Shown here: one piece after another, positions 1 to 17,360 of the stretch
Layout of the letters: every line of letters starts with the position of its first letter
Position numbering within the stretch: position 1 is the first letter of the stretch
Assembly: GCF_009914755.1 (NCBI RefSeq)
Contig: NC_060925.1
Source: the human T2T-CHM13v2.0 reference genome, Homo sapiens
Length of the DNA stretch: 64,000 nucleotides
Direction: 5' to 3' (one strand)
Program-made: the position numbers and the translations under genes
The notes under the pieces: generated by a model
Told to the model about the DNA's origin: nothing
What the model saw: only the letters and a program-made list of their open reading frames with translations
Databases searched by the model: none

Positions 1-62
1 CCAGAATACCTATTTTGAGACTAGCCATGTGATTGAATAGAGATGGTTCTAATTATGCCATC

Positions 63-152
63 TCAGTGGTTTCCAATAGTAAAAGGGGGATGATTTTGCC
101 CCCAAGTGACATTTGTCAATATCTCAAGACATATTCTGTTGTCACAACTGGG
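63..152 (+). mobile_element. MER20-like hAT DNA transposon fragment
   Basis: cagtggtttc...gattttgccccc...gacatttgtcaatatctcaagacatattctgttgtcacaactgg resembles the recalled 5' part of MER20. Confidence 0.6.
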
Positions 153-169
153 TTGGTTAACACCACAAG

Positions 170-584
170 TGTTGCAAAACTTTCTCATTAGTTCAGCTAA
201 AACTAGTCTCTTGACACACAGCCAGGAAAGACTAGGCTCACAGACACATAAAAGGGTGAGGAAAACAGAATTTATTGGACAAAAAGGAAAAAGGAAAAAT
301 AACTCTCAGCAAAGAGAGAAGAGTCCTTCTAGTAGGTTTCTCACCTCTCAGATTGAATCCCAGTTCACTACATGGGAACAGGAGGGGCCAGGCTCCTCCC
401 CACTGCAAATGGCATGAACTTCCCAAGGCTCTACCCCATCCTCCCAGTTCACAGGTGGACATCATTTAGAAATAATTAATTGGGAAAGGACGGGCTTCAT
501 CTGGGACCAGCAGTCTGGTTTTTCAGCCTTCAGGCTGTTTTAGACTTGAAGGCAGGGTTTCACTGTGAACCCTTGGCTGTCTCA
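170..584 (-). mobile_element. ERV1 3' LTR, MER61-like
   Basis: The minus strand begins TGAGACAGCC directly after a polypurine tract (gacgggggaa) and ends ...gcaaCA. It resembles the recalled MER61 consensus. Confidence 0.7.
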
Positions 585-3726
<3,142 letters not shown>

Positions 3727-6346
3727 GTGGGGATCTGGAAAGATGGCCAAATAGGAACAGCTCTGCACTGCAGCTCCCATCGAGACCAACACAGCAGGTG
3801 GGTGATTTCTGTATTTCCAACTGAGGTACCCTGTTCATCTCATTGGGACTGGTTAGGCAGTGGGTGCAGTGCAGAGGGTGAGCAGAAGCAAGGTGGGATA
3901 TTGCCTTACCCAGGAAGTGTAAGGAGTGGGGGGCCTCTGTTTTCCAAGCAAGGAAGCCATGAGGGACTATGCTAACCAGCCCAGATACTACACTTTTCCC
4001 ATAGTTTTGGAAATCTGCAGACCAGGAGATTCCCTCATGTGCCAACACCACCAGGGCCCTGAGTTTCAAGCAAAAAACTGTGCAGCTATTTGGGCAGACA
4101 CTGAGCTAGATGCAGGAGGGTTTTTTTTTTTTTCATATCCCAGTGGCACCTAGAACCCCAGAGAGACAGAACTGTTCACTCCCCTAGAATGGAGGCTGAA
4201 ACCAGGGGGCCAAGTGGTCTCATTCAGTGGGTCCCACTCCCACAGAGCCCAGGAAGCTAAGAACTACTGGCTTGAAATTCTTGCTGCCAGTGCAGCAGCC
4301 TAAAGTCAACCTGGGATGATCAAGCTTGGTGCAGGGAGGGGCATCCGCCATTACTGAGGCTTTGATAGGTAGTTTTCTCCTGACAGTACTAAGGAGGCCT
4401 GGAAGTTCAGACTGGGTGGAACTCAACACAATGCGGCAAAGTGGCTGTGGCCAGACTGCCTCTCTAGATTCCTTTTTACTGGGCAGGGCATCTCTGAAAG
4501 TAAGGCAGCAGTCCCAGTCGGGGGCTTATAGATAAAACTCCATCTCCCTGGGACAGAGCACCTGGTGGAAGGGGCAGCTTTGGGCACAGCTTCAGCAGAT
4601 TTAAATGTTCCTGCCTGCCAGCTCTGCAGAGAGCAGCAGATCCTGACAAGGAGGATTCTCCCAGCACAGTGCTCAAGCTCTGCTAAGGGACAGACTGCCT
4701 CCTTACTGGGATAGACCTCCCAACAGGGGTTCACAGACACGTCATACAGGAGAGATCTGGCGAGGATCAGGCCGGTAACCCTCTGGGATGAAGCTTCCAG
4801 AGGAAGGAGCAAGCAGCAATCTCTGCTGTTCTTCAGCCCCAATGGGTGATACCCAGGCAAATAGGGTCTGTCCAGCAAACTGCAACAGACCTGCAGAAGA
4901 GAGGCCTGACCAATAGAAGAAAAAGTAACAAAGAGAAAGCAATAACATCAACATCAACAAAAAGGACCCGCACACAGAAACCCCATCAAAAGGCCATCAG
5001 CCTCAAATATCAAAGGGAGATAAATACAGAAAATGAGGAAAAAACAGTGCAAATATGCTGAAAATTCCAAAAACTAGGATGCCTCTTCTCCAAATGATCA
5101 CATCTCCTTTCCAGCAAGGGCGCAAAACTAGACAGACAATGAGTTTGATGAATAGACAGAAGTAGGCTTCAGAAGTAGGTAATAACAAACTGCTCTGAGC
5201 TAAAGGAGCATGTTCTAACCCAATTCAAAGAAGCTAAGAACCTTGACAAAAGGATACAGGAACTGCTAACTAGAATAACCAGTTTAGAGAAGAACATAAA
5301 TGACCTGATGGAGCTGAAAAACACAGCATGAGAACTTCGTGAAGCATACACGAGTATCAATAGATGAATCAATCAAGCGGAAGAAAGGATAGAAGAGATT
5401 AAAGATCAACTTACTGAAAAAAGGCATGAAGATAAGATTAGAAAAAAAAGAATGGGAAGGAATGAACAAAGCCTCCAAGTAATATGGGACTATGTCAAAA
5501 GACCAAGCCTACAATTGATTGGGGTCCCTGAAAGTGATGGGGAGAATGCAACGAAGTTCAAAAACATACTTCAGGATATTATCCAGGAGAACTTCCCCAA
5601 CCTAGCAAGACAAGTCAACATTCAAATTCAGGAAATACAGAGAACTTCACTAAGATACTCCTTGAGAAGAGTAACCCCAAGACACATAATCATCAGATTC
5701 TCCAAGGTTGAAATGAAGGAAAAATGTTGAGGGCTGCTAGAGAGAAAGGTCAGGTTACCTACAAAAGGAAGCTCATCAGACTAATAGCAGATCTCTCTGC
5801 AGAAACCCTACAAGCCCGAAGACAGTGGGGGTCAATATTCAACATTCTTAAATAGAAGAATTTTCAACCCAGAATTTCATATCCAGCCAAACTAAGCTTC
5901 ATAAGCAAAGGAGAAATAAAATTCTTTACAGACAAGCAAATGCTGAGGGATTTTGTCACCACCAGGCCTGCCTTACAAGAGCTCCTGAAGGAAGCACTAA
6001 ATATGGAAAGGAAAAACTGATACCAGCCACACCAAAAACAGACCAAAATATAAAGACCAATGACACTAGGAAGAAACTGCATCAACAAATGTGCAAAATA
6101 ACTAGCTAGCATCATGATGACAGGATCAAATTCACACATAACAATGTTAACCTTAAATGTAAATGGGCCAAATGACCCAATTAAAAGACACAGACTGACA
6201 AATTGAATAAAAAGTCAAGATCCATTGGTGTGCTGTATTCAGAAGACCCATCTCATGTGCAGTCACACATAGGCTCAAAATAAAGGAATGAAGGAATATT
6301 TACCAAGCAAATGGAAATAAAAGAAAAAAAAAGCAGGGGTTGCAAT
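3727..6346 (+). mobile_element. L1PA7/8-like 5' portion (5'UTR, broken ORF1, ORF2 start); 3'-truncated
   Basis: L1PA-type 5'UTR (aagatggccaaataggaacagctc), ORF1 peptide 5452-5730 (NEQSLQVIWDYVKRP...QENFPNLARQ) and ORF2 ATG at 6117 (MTGSNSHIT). A truncated antisense ORF0-like frame MADAPP runs 4351-4220. Confidence 0.9.
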
Positions 6347-6351
6347 GACAG

Positions 6352-9300
6352 TCATGATGAATGATCTTTCAAATTTGATGTTGAATTTGCTTTGCTGGTA
6401 TTTTGTTGAGGATATTTGTATCAATATTAACCAGAGATATTAGCCTGTTGTTTTCTTTTTTTGATGTTTCTTTGCTTTTGGCATCAGGGTAATACCGGCC
6501 TTGTAGAATAAGTTTCATAGTATTCCCTCTCCTTCTTTTTTGGGGGAATAGTTTGAGTTGGATTGGTATTCTTTTTTAAATGTCTGGTAGAGTTCAGCAT
6601 TGAGACCATTGGGTCCTGGGCTTTTCTTTGCTGGGAGACTTTTTATTATGGCTTTGATGTCATTACTTTTTATTGCTCTATTTAGGCTTCAGATTTCTTA
6701 ATGGTTCAATCTTGGTAGGTTGTGTATGTCTAGGAATTTATCCACTTCTTTTAGGTTTTCCAATTTGTGGACATACAGTTGTTCATAGTAGTCCAATGAT
6801 TCTTTACATTTCTGCAGTATAAGTTGTAATGTCTCCTTTTTCATCTCTGATTTTATTTATTTGGGTCTTCTGTCTTTATCAGTTAGTCTGGCTAAAAGTT
6901 TGCCAATTTTCATTATCTTTTCAAAAAACCAACTTTTCTTTTTGATGACATTTAGTATTGCTTTTCTCATTTCAATTTCTTTTTTTTTCCTGCTCAGATC
7001 ATTATTATGTCTTTTCTTCTACTAATGTTAGGTTTGGTTTGCTCTTGCTTTTCTAGTTCCTTAAGATGCATCATTAGATTATTTGAAGTATTGCTCCCTC
7101 TTTGTTGTAGGTGCTTATTGCTATAAACTTTCCTCTTAGTACCACTTTTGCTTATCCCATAAGTTTTGGTATGTTTTCTTTCCATTTGCATTTGTTTCAG
7201 GAATTCTTAAATTTGATTCTTGTTTTTTGACCCACTGGTCATTCAGGAGCAAATTGATTAATTTCCAAATGTTTGTGTTCCTTTTAAGTTTTCTCATATG
7301 CTTGATTTCTAGTTTTATTCCATTGTGGTCAGAGAAGATACTTGATATGTGTCAAGTATCATATTTACCTTTTTTGTATTTTTCAGACTGATTTTGTGGC
7401 TTAAAGTATAGTCTATACTTGAGGATGATCTATTTCCTGAGCAGAAGAACGTGTATTTTTCAACCCTTGGATGAAATAATCTGTAAATATCTATTAGGTC
7501 TTTTGGTCTATAGTATAGATTAGGTCTGATATTTTCTTTGTAATTTTTGTTTGGCTGATCTGTCCAATGCTGAAGGTGAGGTGTTGAAATCTCCAGCTGT
7601 TATTATACTGTGGTCTGTCTCTCTCTTTTGAACTAATACTATTTGCTTTATATATCTAGATGCTCCAGTATTGGGTGCATATATATTTACAATGGTTATA
7701 TCCTCTTGCTATATTAATCCCTTTTACTCGTTACATAGTGACATTCTTTGTCTTTTTTATAGTTTTTATCTTGAAATGCTTTTATCTGATATAAGTATAG
7801 CTACTCCTGCTCTTTTTTTGGTTTCCATTGGCATGGAATGTCTTTTTCCTTCTTCTTATTTTCAGTTTGTGTGTGTCTTTATAGGTGAAGTGTGTTTCTT
7901 GTAGGCAACAGATCACTGGATTCTGTTTTTTTAATCCATTCGGCCTCTCTGTGTCTTTTGATTGGAGAGTATAGTCCATTTGCATTCAATGTTATTGTTG
8001 CTAAATAACAACTTACTCCTGCCATTTGGTTTTGTTTTCTGGTTGTTTGTGGTCTTCTCTTTCTTCTCTTCTTCCTTCATGTCTTTCTTTTTGTGAAAGT
8101 GATTTTCTTGTTGGTATGTTTTAAGTTCTTGCTCTATACATTTTTTGTGTATCTGTTGTAGGTTTTTTGATTTGTGGTTACCACAAGGCTTGCAACTAAT
8201 ATCTTGTAACTCATTATTTTACACTGATGACAGTTAAACTCTAATTGCTAAAATCTACAAAAAAAAACTGACAAGCAAAGAGAAAACTAATAACATTCAA
8301 CACTTTAACTTCATCCTCTCTGCTTTTCAACTATTCGTTGTTTCTATTTATATCTTATTATACTATGTCTTAAAAAGTTGTTGTGGTTATTATTTTCGAT
8401 AAATTTGTCTTTTACTCTTCCTATGCAAGGTATGAGTAGTTTACATACCACAATTACAGTGTCATATTATTTTATATTTGTCGGTATACTCACTGTTACC
8501 AGTGAATTTTATGTACTCAGATGATTTTTTTTTTGCTCATTAACATGCTTTCCTTTCAGATTGAAGTACTCTCTTTAGCATTTCTTTTAGGACAGGTCTT
8601 ATGTTGATGAACTACCTCAGCTTTTGTTTGCTGGAAAAGTCTTTACTTTTCCTCTATGTTTGAAGGATATTTTCACTGGTATGATATTCTAGGATAAAAG
8701 ATTTTTTTTTAGCAGTTTAAATATATTATACCACTTACTCCTGGCTAGTAAGCTTTCCACTGAGTAATATGTGCTAGACATATTGAAGCTCCTTTATATG
8801 GTTTTTTTTTTCTTTTCTCTTTTTGCTTTTAGTATGCCTTATTTATCCTTGACCTTTGGGAGTTTGATTATTAAACATATTGAGGTAGTCTTATTTGTGT
8901 TAAATCTGCCTGGTCTCCTATAATCTTCTTGTTCTTGAATATTGTTATCTTTCCCTAGGTTTGGTAATGTCTATTTTTATCCCTATGAATGAGATTTCTA
9001 ACTCAGCCTCTCTTTACCTCCTCATTAAGGCCAATAACATTTAGATTTGCCTTTTTGAGGCTGTTTTCTAGATCCTATAGAGATGCTTCCTTTTTTTATT
9101 CTTTTAACTTCTATCACTGTGTATTTTCAAATAGCCTGTCTTCAAGATCACTAATTTTTTCTTCTCCTGGATTGCTGTTGTGAGATTCTGATATATTCTT
9201 TAGTTTTAGTTTGTCAATTGAATTTCTTCAGCTCCAGCATTTCTGCTTAATTCTTTTAAATTATTTCAATCACTTTGTTAAATGTTTCCGATGGGATTCT

Positions 9301-10373
9301 GAATTCCTTCTCTGTGTTACCTTGGATTTTATTGAGCTTCCTCAACACAGCAATCTTGAATTCTCTGTGTGAAATGTCACATATCTCTGTCACTCCAGAA
9401 TTGGTCACTGGTACCATATTTAGTTCATTTGGTGATGTCATGTTTTCCCAGATGGTCTTGATGTTTGTGGATGTTTCTTGATGTCTGGGCATTGAAGTTA
9501 GTTATTTATTCTAATCTTCATGGTCTGGGCCTGTTTGTACCCATCCTTATTGAGAAGGCTTTCCAAGTATTTAAGGGGAAATAATTCTTGTCATCTAAGT
9601 CTTTAGTCATTGCAACCATATATGCATTAGTGGGCACCCCAAGCCCAGTGACACTGTGACTCTTGCAGAGTTGTAGAGTTATTGCCTTTTTCTTGGGTAA
9701 GATCCAGTAGAATTCTCAGGATTACTAGGCACAAACTTTTGTTCTCTTTCCCTCCTTTCCCCAAAACAACAGAATTGCCCAGGAATTGCAATTCTTGTAG
9801 CCTAGACTGCATTTCTAGTTTATTTAGAACCCCAGAGCACTTTAGATATTAGGTCCTCTTATTTCTCTTACTAAATATAGCACAAAGCCATGTGTTTCTT
9901 TCTATTTCTATTGTATCATCCACGGTGGTGGGGCTGGCTGTAGTTCAAATTCTACCACTGGGATACATGAATTATTCCCCCTTGGCTAAGATTGCTTTAA
10001 ATGCTTCCTCCATGGGTGCTGGCCAAATTCTGCCCAGTGTTATTTTCCACTGTGATGGGACAGCACTGAGTTCCCATGCAGAATCTCACAATAACTTCAC
10101 TCTCCCTCCCCCAAGCACACAGATTCTCTCTCCATGCCATGCTGTGCTGCCTAGGGATTGAGGAGAGGTGCTGTAGGAAGTTCAAGGCTGTCTTTCCTAC
10201 CCTCTTCAGTGCCTCTTTCCTTGATATGATGTTAAAATCAGGTATTGTGATTGCCACCTGATTTTTGGTTCTTATGGAGGTTGCTCTTCTGGGGATAGTT
10301 ATTCAATTTTGTGTTCCTGCTTGGAGAATGAACGCTGGAGGGTTCTATTTGGCCATCTTGTTCCACCTCCCCC
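6352..10373 (-). mobile_element. Older L1 (L1M2/L1MA-like) from 5'UTR through ORF2 to the start of RT; 3'-truncated
   Basis: The minus strand starts ggggaggtggaacaagatggccaaatagaaccctcc and carries an ORF1 peptide (9256-9492) and EN-domain peptides (7782-7985, 'ICCLQETHF'). It ends at the KIIHHD motif near 6352. Confidence 0.85.
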
Positions 10374-11045
10374 TCCTCTTATTTTTCTTGCTCAGTATAG
10401 CACAAATCCATTTATTCTGCTCCATTGATATTGTATCATCTTAAGCTGTCTTCTTCATCTTTTGCTTAAAATACTTACTAGCATACTATCTTTCTTGCTT
10501 CCACTTTCTGGCTTTCACTCTGTAATCAACTCTTTTCAAAGCAACAAGAGTGATCTTAAATCTAGCTTCTTTAAATACCCTCCTTAAACTTCCATTACAT
10601 TTATATAAAATCCATACTTCTTGTAGGTTCATTATGATCTATTATTTTCTATTTATCCAAACTCATATTTTATATTTTCACCACTCCTGTTAATATTATT
10701 GCAAATCACAAGCCCCTTCCTGTCCCCAGGTATTTATACTTGTGCTTCACTCTGCCTGCAGTGCTTACTGGTTCTTCACACAGCTCATTTTCTTTAAGGC
10801 TCTGCATAAATGTCCAGTCTCCAAAAGGTTTTACCTGACTCTCCTTTCTCATGTTGCCCCTGAACTTAACACAATAAGAACATATTTTGTTTATTTTTAT
10901 CTTTACTTGTTTGTCTTCTTATAACAAAATATATACCTATAAAGTAGGAAGCTATCTGCCTTATTTGATGCCTAATTTCCAGCAACAAATACAGTGTATA
11001 GAACTTAGTAGCACATAATACATGCTTTTTTGCTTGAATAAAGGA
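10374..11045 (+). mobile_element. L2 3' fragment
   Basis: caagagtgatcttaaa...cataaatgtcc...cttagtagcacataatacatgc...gaataaaggaa resembles the L2a 3' region. Confidence 0.6.
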
Positions 11046-11246
11046 AAAATTAATCAGAGTGTTTTTTTAACTCATTTATATCTTTGTGTAGCTTTAATGA
11101 AAATTCTAATTAGGTCACAGTACCTTGATGTTGCAGAATACCTTGTAGACTAGCATATTGAAATCCTACTAAGTCCATGACTATGGTTTGATATAAAGAG
11201 CATATGATATTGGACATTTAGAAAAATCACAAGAATAATAGAAGCT

Positions 11247-11535
11247 TACCAAATGCAGTGGCTCATGCCTGTAATTCATTTACTTTGGGAGAATGAGGTG
11301 GGAGGATTGCATGAAGCCAAGAGTTCAAGACCAGTCTGAAAAACATAGTGAGATCCCATTGCTACAAAAAATAAAAAATAAAAAAATAGCCAGGCATGTT
11401 GGCACATGCCTGAATTCCCAGCTGCTCAAGGGGATTGTGTGAGCCCAGAAGTTTGAGAGTTTGAGGCTGCAGAGGACTATGTTTGCACCACTGCACTCCA
11501 GCCTAGGTGACAGAGTCAGACACTCTTGAAAACAA
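11247..11535 (+). mobile_element. AluJ
   Basis: Diverged Alu with AluJ-type ggaggattgc...gagttcaagaccag and gaggctgcag. Confidence 0.85.
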
Positions 11536-11910
11536 AAATAATGGTAGATGACAACATATTGAGTCTCAAGGGCAGAAAATGGGAATATACAGGCAGCATT
11601 AACCCCTATCAATATTTCTATCCTTGTCCTAAACAGGGCTCTCAGAAACAAGCATGGTCCCAGACACCATGCTTGTTTCTGTCGATACCAGCTGTACATT
11701 TCTTTGCCTGGTGCAGATATTTCCCAAAATTTCTCTCTAGAGATATTTCACTGGTATGAGCTTGATTTGTAATAAGTATTAAATGAACATATTAAAGGAG
11801 TTCTATGAGCATAGAAGATGCCAAAGATAAAAAGTCCTCAGAGATAACAATCTTTAGCTGGCTTGTACCAAGATTGTCCTTACTGTAACACTGCTTTACC
11901 TCTTCATTAG

Positions 11911-12154
11911 GTGACAATCTCAAAGCTAAAACTTCCAAAACCATCAGGGCATATATCAGGTATTTCTTTCTACAATGAAAGTGTTTTGTCTTTGACTGGC
12001 CAAAATGAAAAGGAGCTCCTAGCTCATATTGAGGATGTGTTGGAAAACCAACTGGATTCTAAATTCCAGGAATAGTCAAATAATTTCTGTTCTTACATCT
12101 TCACCCAGGCAAGGACCAAGACCCTCAGGGAAGGAGTCAATGTCACTGTGAATC
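11911..12154 (+). pseudogene. GBP6-like pseudogene, exon-6 equivalent
   Basis: Acceptor tcttcattag|, donor |gtgaga. Translates GDNLKAKTSKTIRAYIRYFFLQ*KCFVFDWP/(frameshift)/NEKELLAHIEDVLENQLDSKFQE*SNNFCSYIFTQARTKTLREGVNVTVNR, matching the GBP KCFVFDRP...FCSYIFTHARTKTLREGI region. Two stops and one frameshift; not in the ORF track. Confidence 0.9.
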
Positions 12155-12647
12155 GTGAGACTCCTCTTCCAAAATTATATTTCTGTGTGGCTTAATATGT
12201 GTTGGATATTTATTACAAAAGTTCTTAAGTAATATTGTTTCATTCTATACAGAAGCATGCATTGACAAATACTCATATCCCAAAGAGAAATGTGTGTGTT
12301 TTAGTCACTATCTCCCAACACAGGGATTATAAATTCTTTTCCAAAAGCTCAAATATTATCAGGGACAGTGGAAGCTCCCAGATATGTGAAGACCTCATCA
12401 TTGATAATAAAATCAGTGACTGGGTATGAAAACAGAATACATGGTCTTCTCAATGGAAGTCCTATAAGATAAGCATTTTTCTTAAGGAGATTATGTGGGA
12501 GTTTAGCCATGTTCAAAGCAAACATTAAGTGATGAATCCTTGAGAATGCATGAAAAGAATAGGAAGAGCTCCAGTCTACAGCTCCCAGCATGAGCAACCC
12601 AGAAGATGGGTGATTTCTGCATGTCAAACTGAGGTACCAGATTCATC

Positions 12648-12974
12648 TCACTGGGGAGTGTTGGACAGTGGGTGCAGTGCACTGAGCGTGAGCCAAAGCA
12701 GGGTGAGGCATTGCCTCATCTGGGAAGCACAAGGGGTCAGGGAATTCCCTTTCCTAGTCAAAGAAAGTGGTGACAGATGGCATCTGGAAAATTGGGTCAC
12801 TCCCACCCTAATACTGCATTTTTCTGATGGTCTTAGCAAATGGCACACCAGGAGATTATATCCTGCACCTGGCTCGGAGGGTCCTATTCCCACGGAGTCT
12901 CGCTCATTGCTAGCACAGCAGTCTGAGATCACAGTGCAAGGCAGCAGCAAGGCTGGGGGAGGGGCGCCCACCAT
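12648..12974 (-). CDS. LINE-1 antisense ORF0 (open, 108 codons)
   Basis: MVGAPPPALLLPCTVISDCCASNERDSVGIGPSEPG matches primate L1 ORF0 (MAGAPPPASLPPCSLISDCCASNQRDSVGVGPSEPG). The ATG has a good Kozak context (gcaATGG). Expression is unknown. Confidence 0.6.
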   Translation of the reverse strand: MVGAPPPALLLPCTVISDCCASNERDSVGIGPSEPGAGYNLLVCHLLRPSEKCSIRVGVTQFSRCHLSPLSLTRKGNSLTPCASQMRQCLTLLWLTLSALHPLSNTPQ

Positions 12975-15357
12975 TGCTGAGGCTTGAGTAGGTAAACAAA
13001 GCAGCCAGGAAGCTCAAACTGGGTGGAGCCCACTGCAGCTCAAGGAGGCCTGCCTACCTCTGTAGACTCCACCTCTGGGGTCAGGGCACAGCCAAACAGA
13101 AGGCAGCAGAAACCTCTGCAGACTTAAATGTCCCTGTCTGACAGCTTTGAATAGAGTAGTGGTTCTCCCAGCATGCAGCTTGAGATCTGAGAATGGACAG
13201 ACTGCCTCCTTAAGTGGGTCCCTGACCCCCGAGTAACCTAACTGGGAGGCACCCCTCAGTAGGGGCAGATTGACACCTCACACTGCCGGGTAATCCTCTG
13301 AGAACAAAACTTCCAGAGGAACAATCAGGCAGCAACATTTGCTGTTCACCAATATTCGCTGTTCTGCAGCCTCCACTGCTGTTACCTAGGTAAACAGGGT
13401 CTGGAGTGGACCTCCGGCAAACTCCAACAGACCTGCAGCTGAGGGTCCTGACTGTTAGAAGGAAAACTAACAAACAGAAAGGACATCCACACCAAAATCC
13501 CAACTGTACATCACCATCATCAAAGACCAAAGGTAGATAAAACCACGAAGATGGGGAAAAAACAGAGAAGAAAAACTGGAAAATCTAAAAATCAGAGCGC
13601 CTCTCCTCCTCCAAAGGAATGCAGCTCCTTACCAGCAATGGAACAAAGCTGGATGGAGAATGACTTTGACGAGTTGAGAGAAGACTTCAGACTATCAAAC
13701 TACTCCGAGCTAAAGGAGGAATTTCAAACCCATGGCAAAGAAGTTAAAAACCTTGAAAAAAAATTAGATGAATGGCTAACTAGAATAACCAATGCAGAGA
13801 CGTCCTTAAAGGACCTGATGGAGCTGAAAACCAAAGCATGAGAACTATGTGACGAATGCACAAACCTCAGTAGCCGATTTGATCAACTGGAAGAAAGGGT
13901 ATCAGTGATGGAAGATCAAATGAATGAAATGAAGCGAGAAGAGAAGTTTAGAGAAAAAAGAATGAAAAGAAATGAACAAAGCCTCCAAGAAATATGGGAT
14001 TATATGAAAAGACCAAATCTACATCTGATTGGTGTACCTGAAAGTGACAGGGAGAAAGGAACCAAGTTGGAAAACACTCTGCAGGATATTATCCAGGAGA
14101 ACTTCCCCAATCTAGCAAGGCAGGCCAACATTCAAATTCAGGAAATACAGAGAATGCCACAAAGATACTCCTCGAGAAGAGCCACTCCAAGACACATAAT
14201 TGTCAGATTCACCAAAGTTGAAATGAAGGAAAAAATGTTAAGGGCAGCCAGAGAGAAAGCTCAGGTTACCCACAAAGGGAAGCCCATCAGACTAACAGCA
14301 GATCTCTCAGCAGAAACTCTACAAGCCAGAAGAGAGTGGGGGCCAATATTCAACATTTTTAAAGAAAAGAATTTTCAACCCAGAATTTCATATCCAGCCA
14401 AACTAAGCTTCATAAGTGAAGGAGAAATAAAATACTTTACAGACAAGCAAATGCTGAGAGATTTTGTCACCACCAGGCCTGCCCTAAAAGAGCTCCTGAA
14501 GGAAGCACTAAACATGGAAAGGAACAACCGGTACCAGCCACTGCAAAAACATGCCAAATTGTAAAGACCATCAAGGCTAGGAAGAAACTGCATCAATTAA
14601 TGAGCAAAATAACCAGCTAACATCATAATGACAGGATCAAATTCACACATAACGATATTAACCTTAAATGTAAATGGGCTAAATGCTCCAGTTAAAAGAC
14701 ACAGACTGGCAAATTGGATAAAGAGTCAAGACCCATCCGTGTGCTATATTCAGGAAACCCATCACATGTGCAGAGACACACATAGGCTCAAAATAAAGGG
14801 ATGGAGGAAGATCTACCAAGCAAATAGAAAACAAAAAAAAGGCAGGGGTTGCAATCCTAGTCCCCGATAAACCAGACTTTAAACCAACAAAGATCAAAAG
14901 AGACAAAGAAAGCCATTACATAATGGTAAAGGGATCAATTCGACAAGAAGAGCTAACTATCCTAAATATATATGCGTCCAATGCGGGAGAACACAGATTC
15001 ATAAAGCAAGTCCTTAGAGACCTACAAAGAGACTTAGACTCCCACACAATAATAATGGGAGACTTTAACACCCCACTGTCAACATTAGACGATCAATGAG
15101 ACAGAAAGTTAACAAGGATATCCAGGAATTGAACTCAGTTCTGCACCAAGCAGACCTAATAGACATCTACAGAACTCTCCACCCCAAATCAACAGAATAT
15201 AGATTCTTTTCAGCACCACACCACACCTATTCCAAAATTGACCACATAGTTGGAAGTAAAGCTCTACTCAGCAAATGTAAAAGAACAGAAATTATAACAA
15301 ACTGTCTCTCAGACCACAGTGCAATCAGAGTAGAACTCAGGATTAAGAAACTCACTC

Positions 15358-15906
<549 letters not shown>

Positions 15907-16535
15907 TAACTAGAGAAGCAAGAGCAAACACATACAAAAGCTAGCAGAAGGCAAGAAATAACTAAGATCAGAGCAGAACTGAAGGAAATAGAGACACAAA
16001 AAACCCTTCCAAAAATCAATGAATCCAGGAGCTCGTTTTTTGAAAAGATCAACAAAATTGATAGGCCTCTAGCAAGACTAATAAAGAAGAAAATAGAGAA
16101 GAATCAAATAGACGCAATAAAAAATAAAAAAAAGGGGATATCACCACTGATCCCACAGAAATACAAACTACCATCAGAGAACACTATAAACACCTCTACA
16201 CAAATAAACTAGAAAATCCAGAAGAAATGGATAAATTCCTCGACACATACACTCTCCCAAGACTAAACCAGGAAGAAGTTGAATCTCTGCATAGACCAAT
16301 AACAGGCTTTGAAATTGAGGTAATAATTAATAGCTTACCAACCAAAAAAAGTACAGGACCAGATAGATTCACAGCCGAATTCTACCAGAGGTACAAGGAG
16401 GAGCTGGTACTGTTCCTTCTGAAACTACTCCAATCAACAGAAAAAGAGGGAACCCTCCCTAACTCATTGTATGAGGCCAGCATCATCTTGATACCAAAGC
16501 CTGGCAGAGACACAACAAAAAAAAGAGAATTTTAG

Positions 16536-16676
<141 letters not shown>

Positions 16677-16679
16677 TGA

Positions 16680-17360
<681 letters not shown>

